DNA from: a virus
Lineage: Duplodnaviria; Caudoviricetes
Direction: 5' to 3' (one strand)
IMG/VR virus record: IMGVR_UViG_3300031949_000085
Coordinates: 1-41,200 of that record
DNA length: 41,200 nt
Shown: one piece after another, positions 26,718-34,868 of the stretch
How the letters are laid out: each line of letters begins with the position of its first letter
How positions within the stretch are numbered: the stretch's first letter is position 1
Position numbers and translations under genes: made by a program
The notes under the pieces: model-generated
Database searches by the model: none
Told to the model about the DNA's origin: nothing
The model's input: the letters and a program-made list of their open reading frames with translations, nothing else

Positions 26718-27320
26718 TCACTCGCGCGCCGCCCAGGGTGCGCCCGGCTCCTGGTTGACGCCCGTGAACCATACCGGCACCGACGGCCCGAAGCGACCCG
26801 GGCGGGCCTGGTTCCTGACCGTGTGCTGGAGGCTCGCGCGCAGGTCGAACATCTCGCGCAGCTTCATCTTCTCGAACTGGCGGAAGCCGACGGCGTAGGA
26901 CTCGATCACGTCCTGCGGCGCCGCCTCACCGATGCCGAGCCGCACGCCGATCGCCGCCTCGAGCGACCGCAGCGCCTTGGCCTCGAGCGTCTCGAGCGTG
27001 CCCGCGGCCGCCGTCGCGAGGTCCGGCGCCACCGACAGCACGCCCGAGGCCGCCGGGTAGCTCTTGCCGGCCTTGGCCGCCCGCTCCTCCCAGAAGTAGG
27101 CGCCGACCGCGAGCAAGGCGGTGTCGCTGTTGGAGAGCGCGAAGTCGAAATCGGCGCCGTTGGGCGTGCCGGCCTTCGTGAGGTTGGGGGCGGGGCCGGA
27201 GAGGAGGAGGGTGAGCGTCCAGGCGTCGTCGGCGCGGAACTCGGAGAAGCCGCGCCGGTAGTCGTAGGCCGTGCCCTTCACGAGCACGTCGGGGATCGCC
27301 GTGAGGTTCTGGTGGCTCAC
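26718..27320 (-). CDS. Head completion protein, gpW-like C-terminus
   Basis: LEAAI...ESYAVGFRQFEKM.L.EM..LR; directly upstream of portal. Confidence 0.7.
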   Translation of the reverse strand: MSHQNLTAIPDVLVKGTAYDYRRGFSEFRADDAWTLTLLLSGPAPNLTKAGTPNGADFDFALSNSDTALLAVGAYFWEERAAKAGKSYPAASGVLSVAPDLATAAAGTLETLEAKALRSLEAAIGVRLGIGEAAPQDVIESYAVGFRQFEKMKLREMFDLRASLQHTVRNQARPGRFGPSVPVWFTGVNQEPGAPWAARE

Positions 27321-27372
27321 GGCGGAGAGGAGTATCAGCGACTGGCCGCGGGCACCATTCTTCTTTGCGCGG

Positions 27373-27407
27373 AAAACGAGACCGGGGGGCGGGCTCCTAG
27401 CCCGGTC
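27373..27407 (-). terminator. Possible intrinsic terminator closing the accessory island
   Basis: GACCGGG/CCCGGTC stem followed by TCGTTTT. Confidence 0.45.
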
Positions 27408-27436
27408 CCCCGCACCGACCTCCCCCGGGAGCCGTC

Positions 27437-27909
27437 TTAGCTCGTCGCGTCCGGCGGCCCGACCGTGGGCCGCGCTTCCGTGCGGGGGTGCCGGAAAACC
27501 AGCAACACGCTGGGGAACGGCGCCGGCGCCGGCGCGCTGCCGAACCTCAGCCGGCCGCGCAGGAACCGGACCTCGTCCGCCAGCGGAGCCCAGCGGTGCC
27601 ACCAGGCGGTGTCGGTCCTGGCCGGTAGCAGGAACACCGCGAGCGCGGGCTGCTCGGCGACCTTCTCGAGCCACGGCCCCACGCGCGAGTAGGGCGGGTT
27701 GCAGAACACGCGCTCGCCGCGCCAGTGCTCGAGCAGTGCGTCGGTGCCGAAGAGCGGGAGCCCCGCCTGGCGCCCGTCGACGAGCGGGCAGGCTCCTTCG
27801 TGAACGCGAACTCGCGCTCGAGCGCCTCGAGTAGCGCCGCCGGGGTCCCCCAGTCGTCGGTGCGCGTCTTCCCCCCGCGCGGCAGCAGCACCGTGCAGTG
27901 GCCGTTCAC
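27437..27909 (-). pseudogene. Phage Dam-type N6-adenine DNA methyltransferase with 1-nt frameshift
   Basis: DDWGTP...EREFAFT in one frame; CP...W.GERVFCNPPYS...LLPARTDTAWWH...FLRGRLRF...APFPS in another; break at about 27791. Confidence 0.85.
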
Positions 27910-28142
27910 TTCGCGCCCCCGAAGAGCGACCGGACCTGCTCGGGCGTCGCCATGAAGGCCGCCGGCTCCTCCGGGAAGAGCCCGCCCTCGAGTACCCGGC
28001 GCTCGAAGTCGAGCATCGTCTGCTCCCAGGCCTCGTGGTAGATCCGCCGCACCTCGTCGGCCGACAGCTCGACCACGCGCCCGTCTGGGAGTCCCACCTG
28101 CCACGACCCGTCGGGCCGCGCGTTCACCAGGAGGCACTTCAC
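27906..28142 (-). CDS. Hypothetical protein
   Basis: GTGA-coupled, 78 aa. Confidence 0.55.
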   Translation of the reverse strand: MKCLLVNARPDGSWQVGLPDGRVVELSADEVRRIYHEAWEQTMLDFERRVLEGGLFPEEPAAFMATPEQVRSLFGGAK

Positions 28143-28288
28143 GGGGCCGCCTCGCGGCGGATCGTCTTGCGCTCGTCCGATGGGTCGATCTTCCAAGCGC
28201 GCGGCGCGCAGTCGCAGCCGTATAACTCGTGCCAGCCGTCCGCGGTGACGCGCTCGCGCACCGTCTTCCCGCATCGGCCGCAGATCAC
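28139..28288 (-). CDS. Small zinc-ribbon protein
   Basis: CGRCG...CDC; GTGA-coupled. Confidence 0.5.
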   Translation of the reverse strand: MICGRCGKTVRERVTADGWHELYGCDCAPRAWKIDPSDERKTIRREAAP

Positions 28289-28587
28289 GACGCCGCCTCG
28301 ACCCGCCGGAACGGCGGGTTCCACCACTCGGCCGTCTCCCAGGTCGCGCTCTCGCCGCCGACGAACGAGGGGCTGCGCACCAGCAGCTCGAGGCGGCCGT
28401 CGCAGAGGCGCGCGTCCAGGTACTGGAGCCCGTTGGGTGGGTCGAGCGGCACGGCCTTGTCGGTCCCCCACTCGAGGATGCGGGTGAGCAGCTCGAGCGT
28501 GATCGCCGTGCGGCGGATTCCGCCGGACTCGACCACGCGCGAGCGCGGGAACGCGGCCGTCTGCGGGAGCGGTGCCTTGGTGCTCAC
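28285..28587 (-). CDS. Hypothetical protein
   Basis: GTGA-coupled, GGAGG RBS, 100 aa. Confidence 0.55.
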   Translation of the reverse strand: MSTKAPLPQTAAFPRSRVVESGGIRRTAITLELLTRILEWGTDKAVPLDPPNGLQYLDARLCDGRLELLVRSPSFVGGESATWETAEWWNPPFRRVEAAS

Positions 28588-28772
28588 GGGGCGGAGCCTC
28601 CCATCGGCGGCCGCGGCCGGTCAAGCGCCTGGCGACCCCTCCACTGGCGCATCTTCTTTCGCACCGTGTGCGCCATCCGTTTGATCGGAACGTTCTGTGC
28701 CCAATGCTGACACTCGCCGGCGGACCGGCAGCCGCAGGGCCTCGAGCGCGCGCGGCGCTTACGATTGCTCAC
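28584..28772 (-). CDS. Small basic hypothetical protein
   Basis: CGC...CQH; overlaps neighbours. Confidence 0.4.
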   Translation of the reverse strand: MSNRKRRARSRPCGCRSAGECQHWAQNVPIKRMAHTVRKKMRQWRGRQALDRPRPPMGGSAP

Positions 28773-29184
28773 CGTTCTCGAACTTCGGGCCCGCGATCGC
28801 CATGTCGACCGCGACGCCGTAGGCGCCCACCGCGATCTCGCCGAAGTAGCGGAGCCGCGTCTCGGCCAGGACCATGCCCTGGGCGACCTGCTGGAGGTCG
28901 AAGGTCGCGACGCCGGCGCCGCGGGCCGCTCCCCGCGGGACCATGACCAGCAGCAGGCCCTCGCGGCCCTTGCCCTCGGCCATGACCTCCTCGGCCTTGC
29001 GCCAGATCTGGAGCCCGCGCAGCGCCGCCAGCGACTCCATCGTCTCCTCGAGCTGCTGGTAGATGTCGCCCAGGTCGCGCAGCTTCTTCGCGCCCTCGTC
29101 GTCTCCGGCCGACTGCCGCACCGCCTCGATCTGCCGGCACTTCTTCCGGACCTCCCGCACCTGCTCGTGCGTCAATCGGTTCAC
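28759..29184 (-). CDS. Hypothetical protein
   Basis: GAGGGGG RBS, GTGA-coupled, 141 aa. Confidence 0.6.
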   Translation of the reverse strand: MNRLTHEQVREVRKKCRQIEAVRQSAGDDEGAKKLRDLGDIYQQLEETMESLAALRGLQIWRKAEEVMAEGKGREGLLLVMVPRGAARGAGVATFDLQQVAQGMVLAETRLRYFGEIAVGAYGVAVDMAIAGPKFENGEQS

Positions 29185-29429
29185 GATCCCCCCTCGCGTT
29201 CTCGCTCGGCGCGCTCGGCGCGCCAGTCGTCCCAGTCCCGCCACAGCCCGCGCACGGTCTGCCGCAGCCCCTCGACGAAGAAGCCGGCGGTCGTCGCCCA
29301 GACCAGCGCCAGCAGCTTCGCCTCCTGGTCCGCCGAGCAGAACGCCAGCGCGAGGGACAGGACCACCATGCCGGACTCGGCCAGGAACACCGGCACCATC
29401 AGCAGCTCGAGCACGCGGCGCTTCATCAT
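29181..29429 (-). CDS. Small membrane protein
   Basis: Two hydrophobic segments; ATGA-coupled. Confidence 0.55.
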   Translation of the reverse strand: MMKRRVLELLMVPVFLAESGMVVLSLALAFCSADQEAKLLALVWATTAGFFVEGLRQTVRGLWRDWDDWRAERAEREREGGS

Positions 29430-29667
29430 TCGAGCGTCCTCGCGGTGCCGATCGCCGACAGCGGCAGCTCGCGGACCCGCACCAGGGCCGGGCCGTTGCA
29501 GTGGTAGCACAGCAGCTCGATGCGCGCGAGGCCGTCGGTTCGTTCGTCCGTGACCAGGTCGAGGCGTGCGCCGTCGACCGCCTGCCCACGATGCGCGCAC
29601 TCGTGCCGACCACCTCGAACGCGCGGCGCCTGAGCCGGTCCGCGTACCTGTCACCGACCCGGATCAT
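29426..29667 (-). pseudogene. Frameshifted small zinc-finger-like gene
   Basis: ATG 29667 (MIRVGDRY...FEVV) and the HECAH...LLCYHCNGP...LE* frame ending at coupled TGA 29426 are out of frame. Confidence 0.45.
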
Positions 29668-29924
29668 CGGCCGGCGCTCGCCTGTCGGAACAGCTCGTCC
29701 CGCTTCCGAGCGCGGTGCTGCTGCGTCTCCTTCTCGCAGAAGTCGGCGATCTCCCGCAGGCAGCCGCGCTCGAACACCCCGCCCTGCGGGAAGAAGGCGT
29801 AGCAGCGCCACCGGGGATACCACGAGACCGACCCGAGTTGGCCGCCGCCCTTGGCGTACACGACCCACCGCGCGGTCTTGCGGCTCGCGCTCGAGCCGGC
29901 CTGCACGAAGTCGATGAAGGTCAC
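29664..29924 (-). CDS. Small phage hypothetical protein
   Basis: LGSVSWYPRWRCYAFFP...VFERGCLREIADFC; GTGA-coupled. Confidence 0.65.
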   Translation of the reverse strand: MTFIDFVQAGSSASRKTARWVVYAKGGGQLGSVSWYPRWRCYAFFPQGGVFERGCLREIADFCEKETQQHRARKRDELFRQASAGR

Positions 29925-30832
29925 GAGCCCTCCCCGTCCAACAGCGCCACCACGTCGGCCCACCGCTCGGCCACGCCGGTCAGCATCCCGCGGGCCGCGA
30001 TCTGACGCCCTCGGGCCGCCTCGAGGCGCTCGAGATCGATCACGCCGCGGATTGCCTCCTCGATGAGGTCCCCGATCACTCGCGGGTCGAGGGCGTCCAG
30101 CTCCCACGACTCGCGGCCGTGGCGCCGGATGTACGCCTGCGCGCGCGAGTCGGTCAGCTTCGCCGGGTTCGGCGGTGGGTCGTATTGCTCGACCTGGTCG
30201 GTGTTGAGCGCCAGGCGCTCGACGACGGCGTTCGCGCCAAACAGCTCGAGGCGGTCCTGCACGTCGCGCGTCATGTCCATGCCGCTCGGGTCGTGGTCGC
30301 CGAGGTGGAAGATCCTCGAGGGCTTCCGGCCCTTCGCCGTGCGCGCGATGATGCGGCGCGCCGCCACCCACATCTCGGACTGCGAGGTATAGCCGCGGCA
30401 GGAGAAGTGCGGCACGTCCCAGGTGTTGCACACGCCCTCGATCACGCCGACCAGCGCGTCCTTCTCGATCCACACCTCGCAGTAGGTCGGCTGGTCGGCC
30501 CACAGGTCGTGGTTGAACTGGCGCGCGCACGCCTGCACGATCTGCTCCGGCGACTCCCAGTGCGGGAGCGCGCGCAGGTTCCGGGTGCGATCCACGATCG
30601 CGTCCCAGTCCACCAGGCCGGCGAGCCGGCCGTCACTCACGATGGTCCCCAGGTTCTTGTATTCGCGCTGCGTGTTGGCGATGAGTCCGCGCGCGACGAA
30701 CTGGTAGAAGAGCTGCCGGAGTGTAAGGTCGAAGCCCTGGCCGCGGAACTCCTCGATGATCTCGTTCGCGCGCTCGATCGTCTCGAGGGCCTTCGGCCGC
30801 AGGTTGATCGCCTGGTATCGAATCAGCGGCAC
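29921..30832 (-). CDS. Spo11/TopoVI-A-like protein (Topo mini-A type)
   Basis: LTLRQLFYQ winged helix with Tyr, EVWIEKDAL, RGY.S, HLGDHDPSG TOPRIM DxD, WELDAL. Confidence 0.85.
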   Translation of the reverse strand: MPLIRYQAINLRPKALETIERANEIIEEFRGQGFDLTLRQLFYQFVARGLIANTQREYKNLGTIVSDGRLAGLVDWDAIVDRTRNLRALPHWESPEQIVQACARQFNHDLWADQPTYCEVWIEKDALVGVIEGVCNTWDVPHFSCRGYTSQSEMWVAARRIIARTAKGRKPSRIFHLGDHDPSGMDMTRDVQDRLELFGANAVVERLALNTDQVEQYDPPPNPAKLTDSRAQAYIRRHGRESWELDALDPRVIGDLIEEAIRGVIDLERLEAARGRQIAARGMLTGVAERWADVVALLDGEGS

Positions 30833-31122
30833 GACGCACCCCCCGGCGGGACCACCACGCGTGCGAACGCCGCGAGCGAGCCGGCCCGCGGGCCGTCACC
30901 GCTCACGATCCGCCATCCATGCGACACGACGTAGGCGCGCAGGATCGGCAGCGACGTCGCGACGTGGTCCCAGCGGCCGGCGTGGCGCCAGCGGCCCATG
31001 CGGCCGGTGAGCGGGTCGCGCTCCTGGGCGAGCACGGTCCCGTCGCTCATGTAGGCGACCGCCTGGTCGCCCTTGCGGGCCCGCAGGTACTCGCGCCGCC
31101 CGCGCGCGCTCAGCTTAGCCAC
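30823..31122 (-). CDS. Hypothetical protein
   Basis: GGAGG RBS before GTG. Confidence 0.5.
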   Translation of the reverse strand: MAKLSARGRREYLRARKGDQAVAYMSDGTVLAQERDPLTGRMGRWRHAGRWDHVATSLPILRAYVVSHGWRIVSGDGPRAGSLAAFARVVVPPGGASCR

Positions 31123-31297
31123 GGCGGCCTCCACCGGCGCGCCGGGCCCGGGCCATGGCCGAGACGTCGCCCATCATTTCGCGCCACATGCTGCGGGCGG
31201 CCAGCTCGCCGGCGGCCCAGGACACCAGCTCGGCGGCGAGCGCCGGCGACGCCTGGAGCAGCAGGCGGAAGGCGAGGCGCAGCGCCGCGGCCCTCAC
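31115..31297 (-). CDS. Small hypothetical protein
   Basis: GGAGG RBS, GTGA-coupled. Confidence 0.45.
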   Translation of the reverse strand: MRAAALRLAFRLLLQASPALAAELVSWAAGELAARSMWREMMGDVSAMARARRAGGGRRG

Positions 31298-31557
31298 GCC
31301 GGCCTCCGTGATGGTGCGCCGATCGCGTCCTGCACCTCGCGGTGGAGGTTTCGGATCGTCTCGAGGTCGTGGAAGCAGCGGCGTTCGAGGTCCTGGAGCG
31401 CGTGGTCATGGGTCTCGTGGATCTCCGGGTGCCGCTCGGCGTCGAGTCCGCCGCGCACCTGGAGGACGAACCCAGCGGTCGTCGTCTCGAAGCAGCAGTC
31501 GCCGAGCCGGCTGGTCGGCGTGGGGTCGAGCGTCACCCACAGCTTGCGGACGCTCAC
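31294..31557 (-). CDS. Hypothetical protein
   Basis: GGAGGT RBS, GTGA-coupled. Confidence 0.55.
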   Translation of the reverse strand: MSVRKLWVTLDPTPTSRLGDCCFETTTAGFVLQVRGGLDAERHPEIHETHDHALQDLERRCFHDLETIRNLHREVQDAIGAPSRRPA

Positions 31558-31838
31558 TTCGCCACCTCCGCCTTTGGCTCGTGCCGCACCAGGTCGACCG
31601 CGGCCTTCCACCACATGGTGAAGCCAAGCGGCGCCATGCCGCTGTAGCCGATTCCGCGGTACTGCTGGCCCGAGTGGTCGCGCACCATGATGGTCGCGAC
31701 CCAGTCGCCCAGGCTGTGCGGGTGCGGGTGCACTTCCGTCTCGGCCTCGCAGGCCCAGCGGCGGGAGGCCCACTCGCGGGCCGCCCCCTCGGTGAGCTGG
31801 CGGTCGACGCCCAGGTCCATCCGCAAGAGGTCGGTCAC
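31554..31838 (-). CDS. Hypothetical protein
   Basis: GAGGT RBS, GTGA-coupled. Confidence 0.55.
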   Translation of the reverse strand: MTDLLRMDLGVDRQLTEGAAREWASRRWACEAETEVHPHPHSLGDWVATIMVRDHSGQQYRGIGYSGMAPLGFTMWWKAAVDLVRHEPKAEVAK

Positions 31839-31999
31839 TTCGCGACCTCGACCTCGATCTGCGAGGCGTTGGGGAACTCGACCCACAGCAGCGCGAGCAC
31901 CCGCACCGCCGAGCGCCTCGAGAGGCGGTGGAACCGCGTGACCGTCTCGCCCTTCATCCGGACCTTGACCAGGAACCGGGTCGCCGTCGTCGTCTCCAT
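31835..31999 (-). CDS. Small hypothetical protein
   Basis: GGAGG RBS, ATG 31999, 54 aa. Confidence 0.55.
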   Translation of the reverse strand: METTTATRFLVKVRMKGETVTRFHRLSRRSAVRVLALLWVEFPNASQIEVEVAK

Positions 32000-32113
32000 C
32001 GCCTTCGCCTCCGAGTTTCTGGAGCCGGTGTCGCGCCGTCCGCCGTGTGCCATCCTCGATCGCGGTGGCCTTCACCGGCCGGTTGTGCGTCCGGCTCCAC
32101 GCAGGAGAGGTGT

Positions 32114-32130
32114 TGCAGGGGGTGTGCCAG
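32114..32130 (-). promoter_or_regulatory. Sigma54-type -24/-12 promoter
   Basis: CTGGCACACCCCCTGCA, GG-N10-GC, in an intergenic gap. Confidence 0.6.
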
Positions 32131-32145
32131 CCGTAAGTCTAGGTT

Positions 32146-32728
32146 CTATGGCCTCCCGGACGCTTCCGTCGTTGCGTCTTGCGAGTCCGGGCCGGGCGCG
32201 TCGCCCGACCCCTCGAGCGCCAGCGCGGCAACCCGCTGGAGCGCTGCCACGACCCGGGCCTCGCCCTGGGCGCTCAGCCGCACCCGGATCTCGGGGCGCT
32301 CGAGCGGTCGGCCCGCAGCCGAGCCGAGGCGGCGCTCGAGCCATACCACCCCGAGGCCGTGCACCAGCTCGAGCCCGCGGGCGCCGGCGAGCGTGCGCGC
32401 CAGGGGCCGCCACCAGGTCCTAGGCCGCCGCACGGGCCCTCCAGCGGGCGAGCGCGGCGCAGACCCCGAGGCTGCCGTCGCGGCGGCGGAGCTGCCGGGC
32501 CTGGCGCTCACGGATGAGCTGGAGCGCGAACGCCGCGGCAGCGCGGTCGGTCAGGCCGTGCAGCCCTTCCTCGCGCGCGAAGGCGCGGAGCCGGTGGACG
32601 AAGCGGTCCCGCTCGGGCCCCGCCAGCGCGAGCCACTGGCCGAGATAGCCGAGCGCCCAGACCTGCACGGCGGGAGCGTCGTCGCTGCCGCCCTCGGGGC
32701 CGCCGTGCTCCGGTCTAGGCTCTGTCAT
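32146..32728 (-). CDS. Hypothetical protein(s), possibly one frameshifted gene
   Basis: ORF 32420-32728 plus downstream coding-like frame 32146-32420 with no clear start. Confidence 0.35.
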
Positions 32729-32731
32729 GTA

Positions 32732-32854
32732 TCAGAAGCAGTAGCCGCCGAGCAGGATCGCCCAGAACTTCCCCCAGAAGTTCCGGCGCGGGTCATCGCC
32801 GCTGCCGCCACCATCCTCACCGTACGGCATCATTCCTTCGATGTAGGTATCCAC
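32732..32854 (-). CDS. 40-aa small protein (MDTYIEGMMPY...FWGKFWAILLGGYCF)
   Basis: Strong SD GGAGGTGA before GTG; manually read. Confidence 0.5.
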   Translation of the reverse strand: MDTYIEGMMPYGEDGGGSGDDPRRNFWGKFWAILLGGYCF

Positions 32855-32857
32855 TCG

Positions 32858-32980
32858 TCACCTCCACGGTTTGCACTGCTCCCTCTTCTCGCCTGGAACC
32901 GGGCGGCGCCGAGCGCGCCGCCACTCCCACAAGATCGCGAACAAGACAAACGCCGCGACCTCCACCGGGCCGAACGTCAC
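32858..32980 (-). CDS. 40-aa single-TM small protein
   Basis: GTGA-coupled; VEVAAFVLFAILWEW then Arg-rich tail. Confidence 0.45.
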   Translation of the reverse strand: MTFGPVEVAAFVLFAILWEWRRARRRPVPGEKREQCKPWR

Positions 32981-33258
32981 GAGCGCCTCAGCGCGTCGAA
33001 GAGCCGGACGAACTTGTTCGGGGCGTCGGGGCTCGGGCAGGAGACCACCAGGTAGGCGGCCAGGTTGAGCGCGTCGTCCTCGCTGAGGCCGCCGGCGGCC
33101 AGCTCCTGCTGGAGCACCACCGTCCCCAGCACCATGACGTCACCACTCAAGCTCGCGCCCACGGCGAAGCGGTTCGTCGTGTCGGGCGCGGCGACCGCGG
33201 CGACCGCGTCGTCTGAGGCTCCACCCGTCGATCGCGCGCCTTGCAGGTCGTCGCTCAC
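32977..33258 (-). CDS. Hypothetical protein
   Basis: GGAGGAGG RBS; LSEDDALNLAAYLV motif. Confidence 0.6.
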   Translation of the reverse strand: MSDDLQGARSTGGASDDAVAAVAAPDTTNRFAVGASLSGDVMVLGTVVLQQELAAGGLSEDDALNLAAYLVVSCPSPDAPNKFVRLFDALRRS

Positions 33259-33689
33259 GGGGTGCCTCCTCCGGGCCGTGGGCCCCGCGGCTCGACGATG
33301 AAGCGCCCGACCTCGACGTCGTAGCGCACGAGCGTGTCCACGATTACGATCGGCGTCGAGTAGTGCTCGCGGCCGAGGCGCCCCTGGAGTATCGGCGGCG
33401 GCCCCCCGTAGAGGTGCCACAGCTCGGTGCAGCCGAGTGAGCCGAGGTCGGCGCCGTGCTCGAGTACCGCGGCCCGCAGCGCGCAGTGGAGGCGCTCGAT
33501 CTGGGTCTTGGTGCGGTCGGACTCGCCCGCGGTGCGGCGGTCGGCGTCGGCGAAGGCGAGCGCCCAGCTCGTGCCGACGCCGCGCACCTTACCGCTCCGC
33601 CGCAGGTAGAAGAGCGGGCCCGAGGTGAAGGCTTCGGCCGTCCGGCCCCAGCGCTTGCGCGCGTGCCCGCGCGCCTGGTCGCGTGTCAT
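33255..33689 (-). CDS. Hypothetical protein
   Basis: GGAGG RBS, ATG 33689. Confidence 0.55.
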   Translation of the reverse strand: MTRDQARGHARKRWGRTAEAFTSGPLFYLRRSGKVRGVGTSWALAFADADRRTAGESDRTKTQIERLHCALRAAVLEHGADLGSLGCTELWHLYGGPPPILQGRLGREHYSTPIVIVDTLVRYDVEVGRFIVEPRGPRPGGGTP

Positions 33690-33721
33690 GGGGGCCTCCG
33701 CGCGCAGCAGTCGGCCGGCCC

Positions 33722-34261
33722 TCACGCGACACCTTCCGTTTCCTCCTCCGGCTCGAGCGCGTCGCCCGGGCTCGGGGCATCCGAGTCGTAGACCTGGGCA
33801 TCGAGCACGCCCTTGAACTTGAGGGCGCGCGCCGCGACGGCCGCCGCCTCCTCGGGTTTGAGGGCGCGGTGCACGACGGCCGTATTCGGGACTTGTAGCG
33901 AGGGCCCGGTCGTCTCGACGACGAAGTACCAAGCGCTGGCCTCGACGTCGCCCACCTTCGTCGACCAGACGAGATCGCGGCGCTCGGTGACGCGCAGCAC
34001 GCGGCGCGTGCCGCGCTGCGGCTCGCGCACCAGCATCCCCGCCTCGAGCTGCTGGATCGGGACGCGCGTTGTCTCGTCCTTCATCGCCTGGAGTTTCGAC
34101 CGGGCCTCGCGCGCGCGCCTTGTGAGCTGGCGACCGCTGCCCGGTTTGCCCGGGCTGCCGCACTTGAAGCAGGCGGTGCCCCAGGTATCGCAGCGGCTGT
34201 GGATGCCGCGACCGTTGCAGCGCCGGCAGGGCTCGGTCTCGTACACGATCCGGAGGCTCAC
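33722..34261 (-). CDS. Protein with CxxCxGxG zinc-binding N-terminus
   Basis: CRRCNGRG...CFKCG; GAGGTG RBS. Confidence 0.65.
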   Translation of the reverse strand: MSLRIVYETEPCRRCNGRGIHSRCDTWGTACFKCGSPGKPGSGRQLTRRAREARSKLQAMKDETTRVPIQQLEAGMLVREPQRGTRRVLRVTERRDLVWSTKVGDVEASAWYFVVETTGPSLQVPNTAVVHRALKPEEAAAVAARALKFKGVLDAQVYDSDAPSPGDALEPEEETEGVA

Positions 34262-34476
34262 TGGATCACCTCACGGCTGGCAGCCGCGGGGGCCTGCGCG
34301 TACTCGCGGCGCCAGCCACCGCAGTGCTGCTTGTGGCCGCTGATGCCGCGGCGCCGGCACAGCCGGCCGCAGTAGTCGCAGCGGACCATCAACCGCGTGT
34401 TCGGCAGGTCGCTGAAGCCGGTCGCTGTCGGCCGCGGCTTGCGCGGCCTCGTCTGGTCTGCTCGGTTCGTCTTCAT
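34258..34476 (-). CDS. Small C2HC-type zinc-finger protein
   Basis: CDYCG...GHKQHC. Confidence 0.55.
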   Translation of the reverse strand: MKTNRADQTRPRKPRPTATGFSDLPNTRLMVRCDYCGRLCRRRGISGHKQHCGGWRREYAQAPAAASREVIQ

Positions 34477-34489
34477 GGCCTCGAAGTAG

Positions 34490-34506
34490 TGCGGCTTCCG
34501 TGCCAG
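34490..34506 (-). promoter_or_regulatory. Sigma54-type -24/-12 promoter
   Basis: CTGGCACGGAAGCCGCA, GG-N10-GC, intergenic. Confidence 0.45.
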
Positions 34507-34535
34507 CCGGAACCCCTTGTCGCTTCGTGACCGCC

Positions 34536-34787
34536 CTAGCCCACCGCCTGCCGTTTCGCAACGTCGGCCGTTGCGTCCTGCACGAGGAGCCGCAGCCCCC
34601 TGCTCACCATGGGGTCCTGCTCGAGCAGCCCGGCGCGCTTGAGCACCTCGAGGTGGTAGCGGACGCCGTTCGTCGAGGAGATCCCCACCGCGTCGCCGAT
34701 CTCGCGCAGCGTCGGCGGCCGGCCGCGCTCGCTCGAGTAGGCGCGGATGAAGTCCAGCACGCGCCGCGTTCCTAGCCCCATTCCCAT
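34536..34787 (-). CDS. LexA-type DNA-binding domain only
   Basis: VLDFIRAY..ERGRPPTLREIGDAVGISSTNGVRYHLEVLKRAGLL...SRGLRL; no peptidase domain. Confidence 0.9.
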   Translation of the reverse strand: MGMGLGTRRVLDFIRAYSSERGRPPTLREIGDAVGISSTNGVRYHLEVLKRAGLLEQDPMVSRGLRLLVQDATADVAKRQAVG

Positions 34788-34794
34788 GGTGCAC

Positions 34795-34824
34795 AAGCTA
34801 GCACGCCCCCCGCAGCCGCGTCAA
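34795..34824 (-). promoter_or_regulatory. Sigma70 promoter, likely leaderless transcript
   Basis: TTGACG-N18-TAGCTT with extended -10 TG; 7 nt to ATG 34787; no SD. Confidence 0.7.
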
Positions 34825-34868
34825 TCGCGGTCCTGCTGGGACCGTTTCGCCGGCGGCAGCCCGCTGGC

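Noticed and set aside
27321-27365. Late promoter before gpW-like gene (GATACT)
   Set aside because: No credible -35 element; too weak to call
31554-31850. Consecutive proteins both ending EVAK
   Set aside because: Explained by the shared SD plus GTGA coupling sequence GAGGTNGCGAAGTGA
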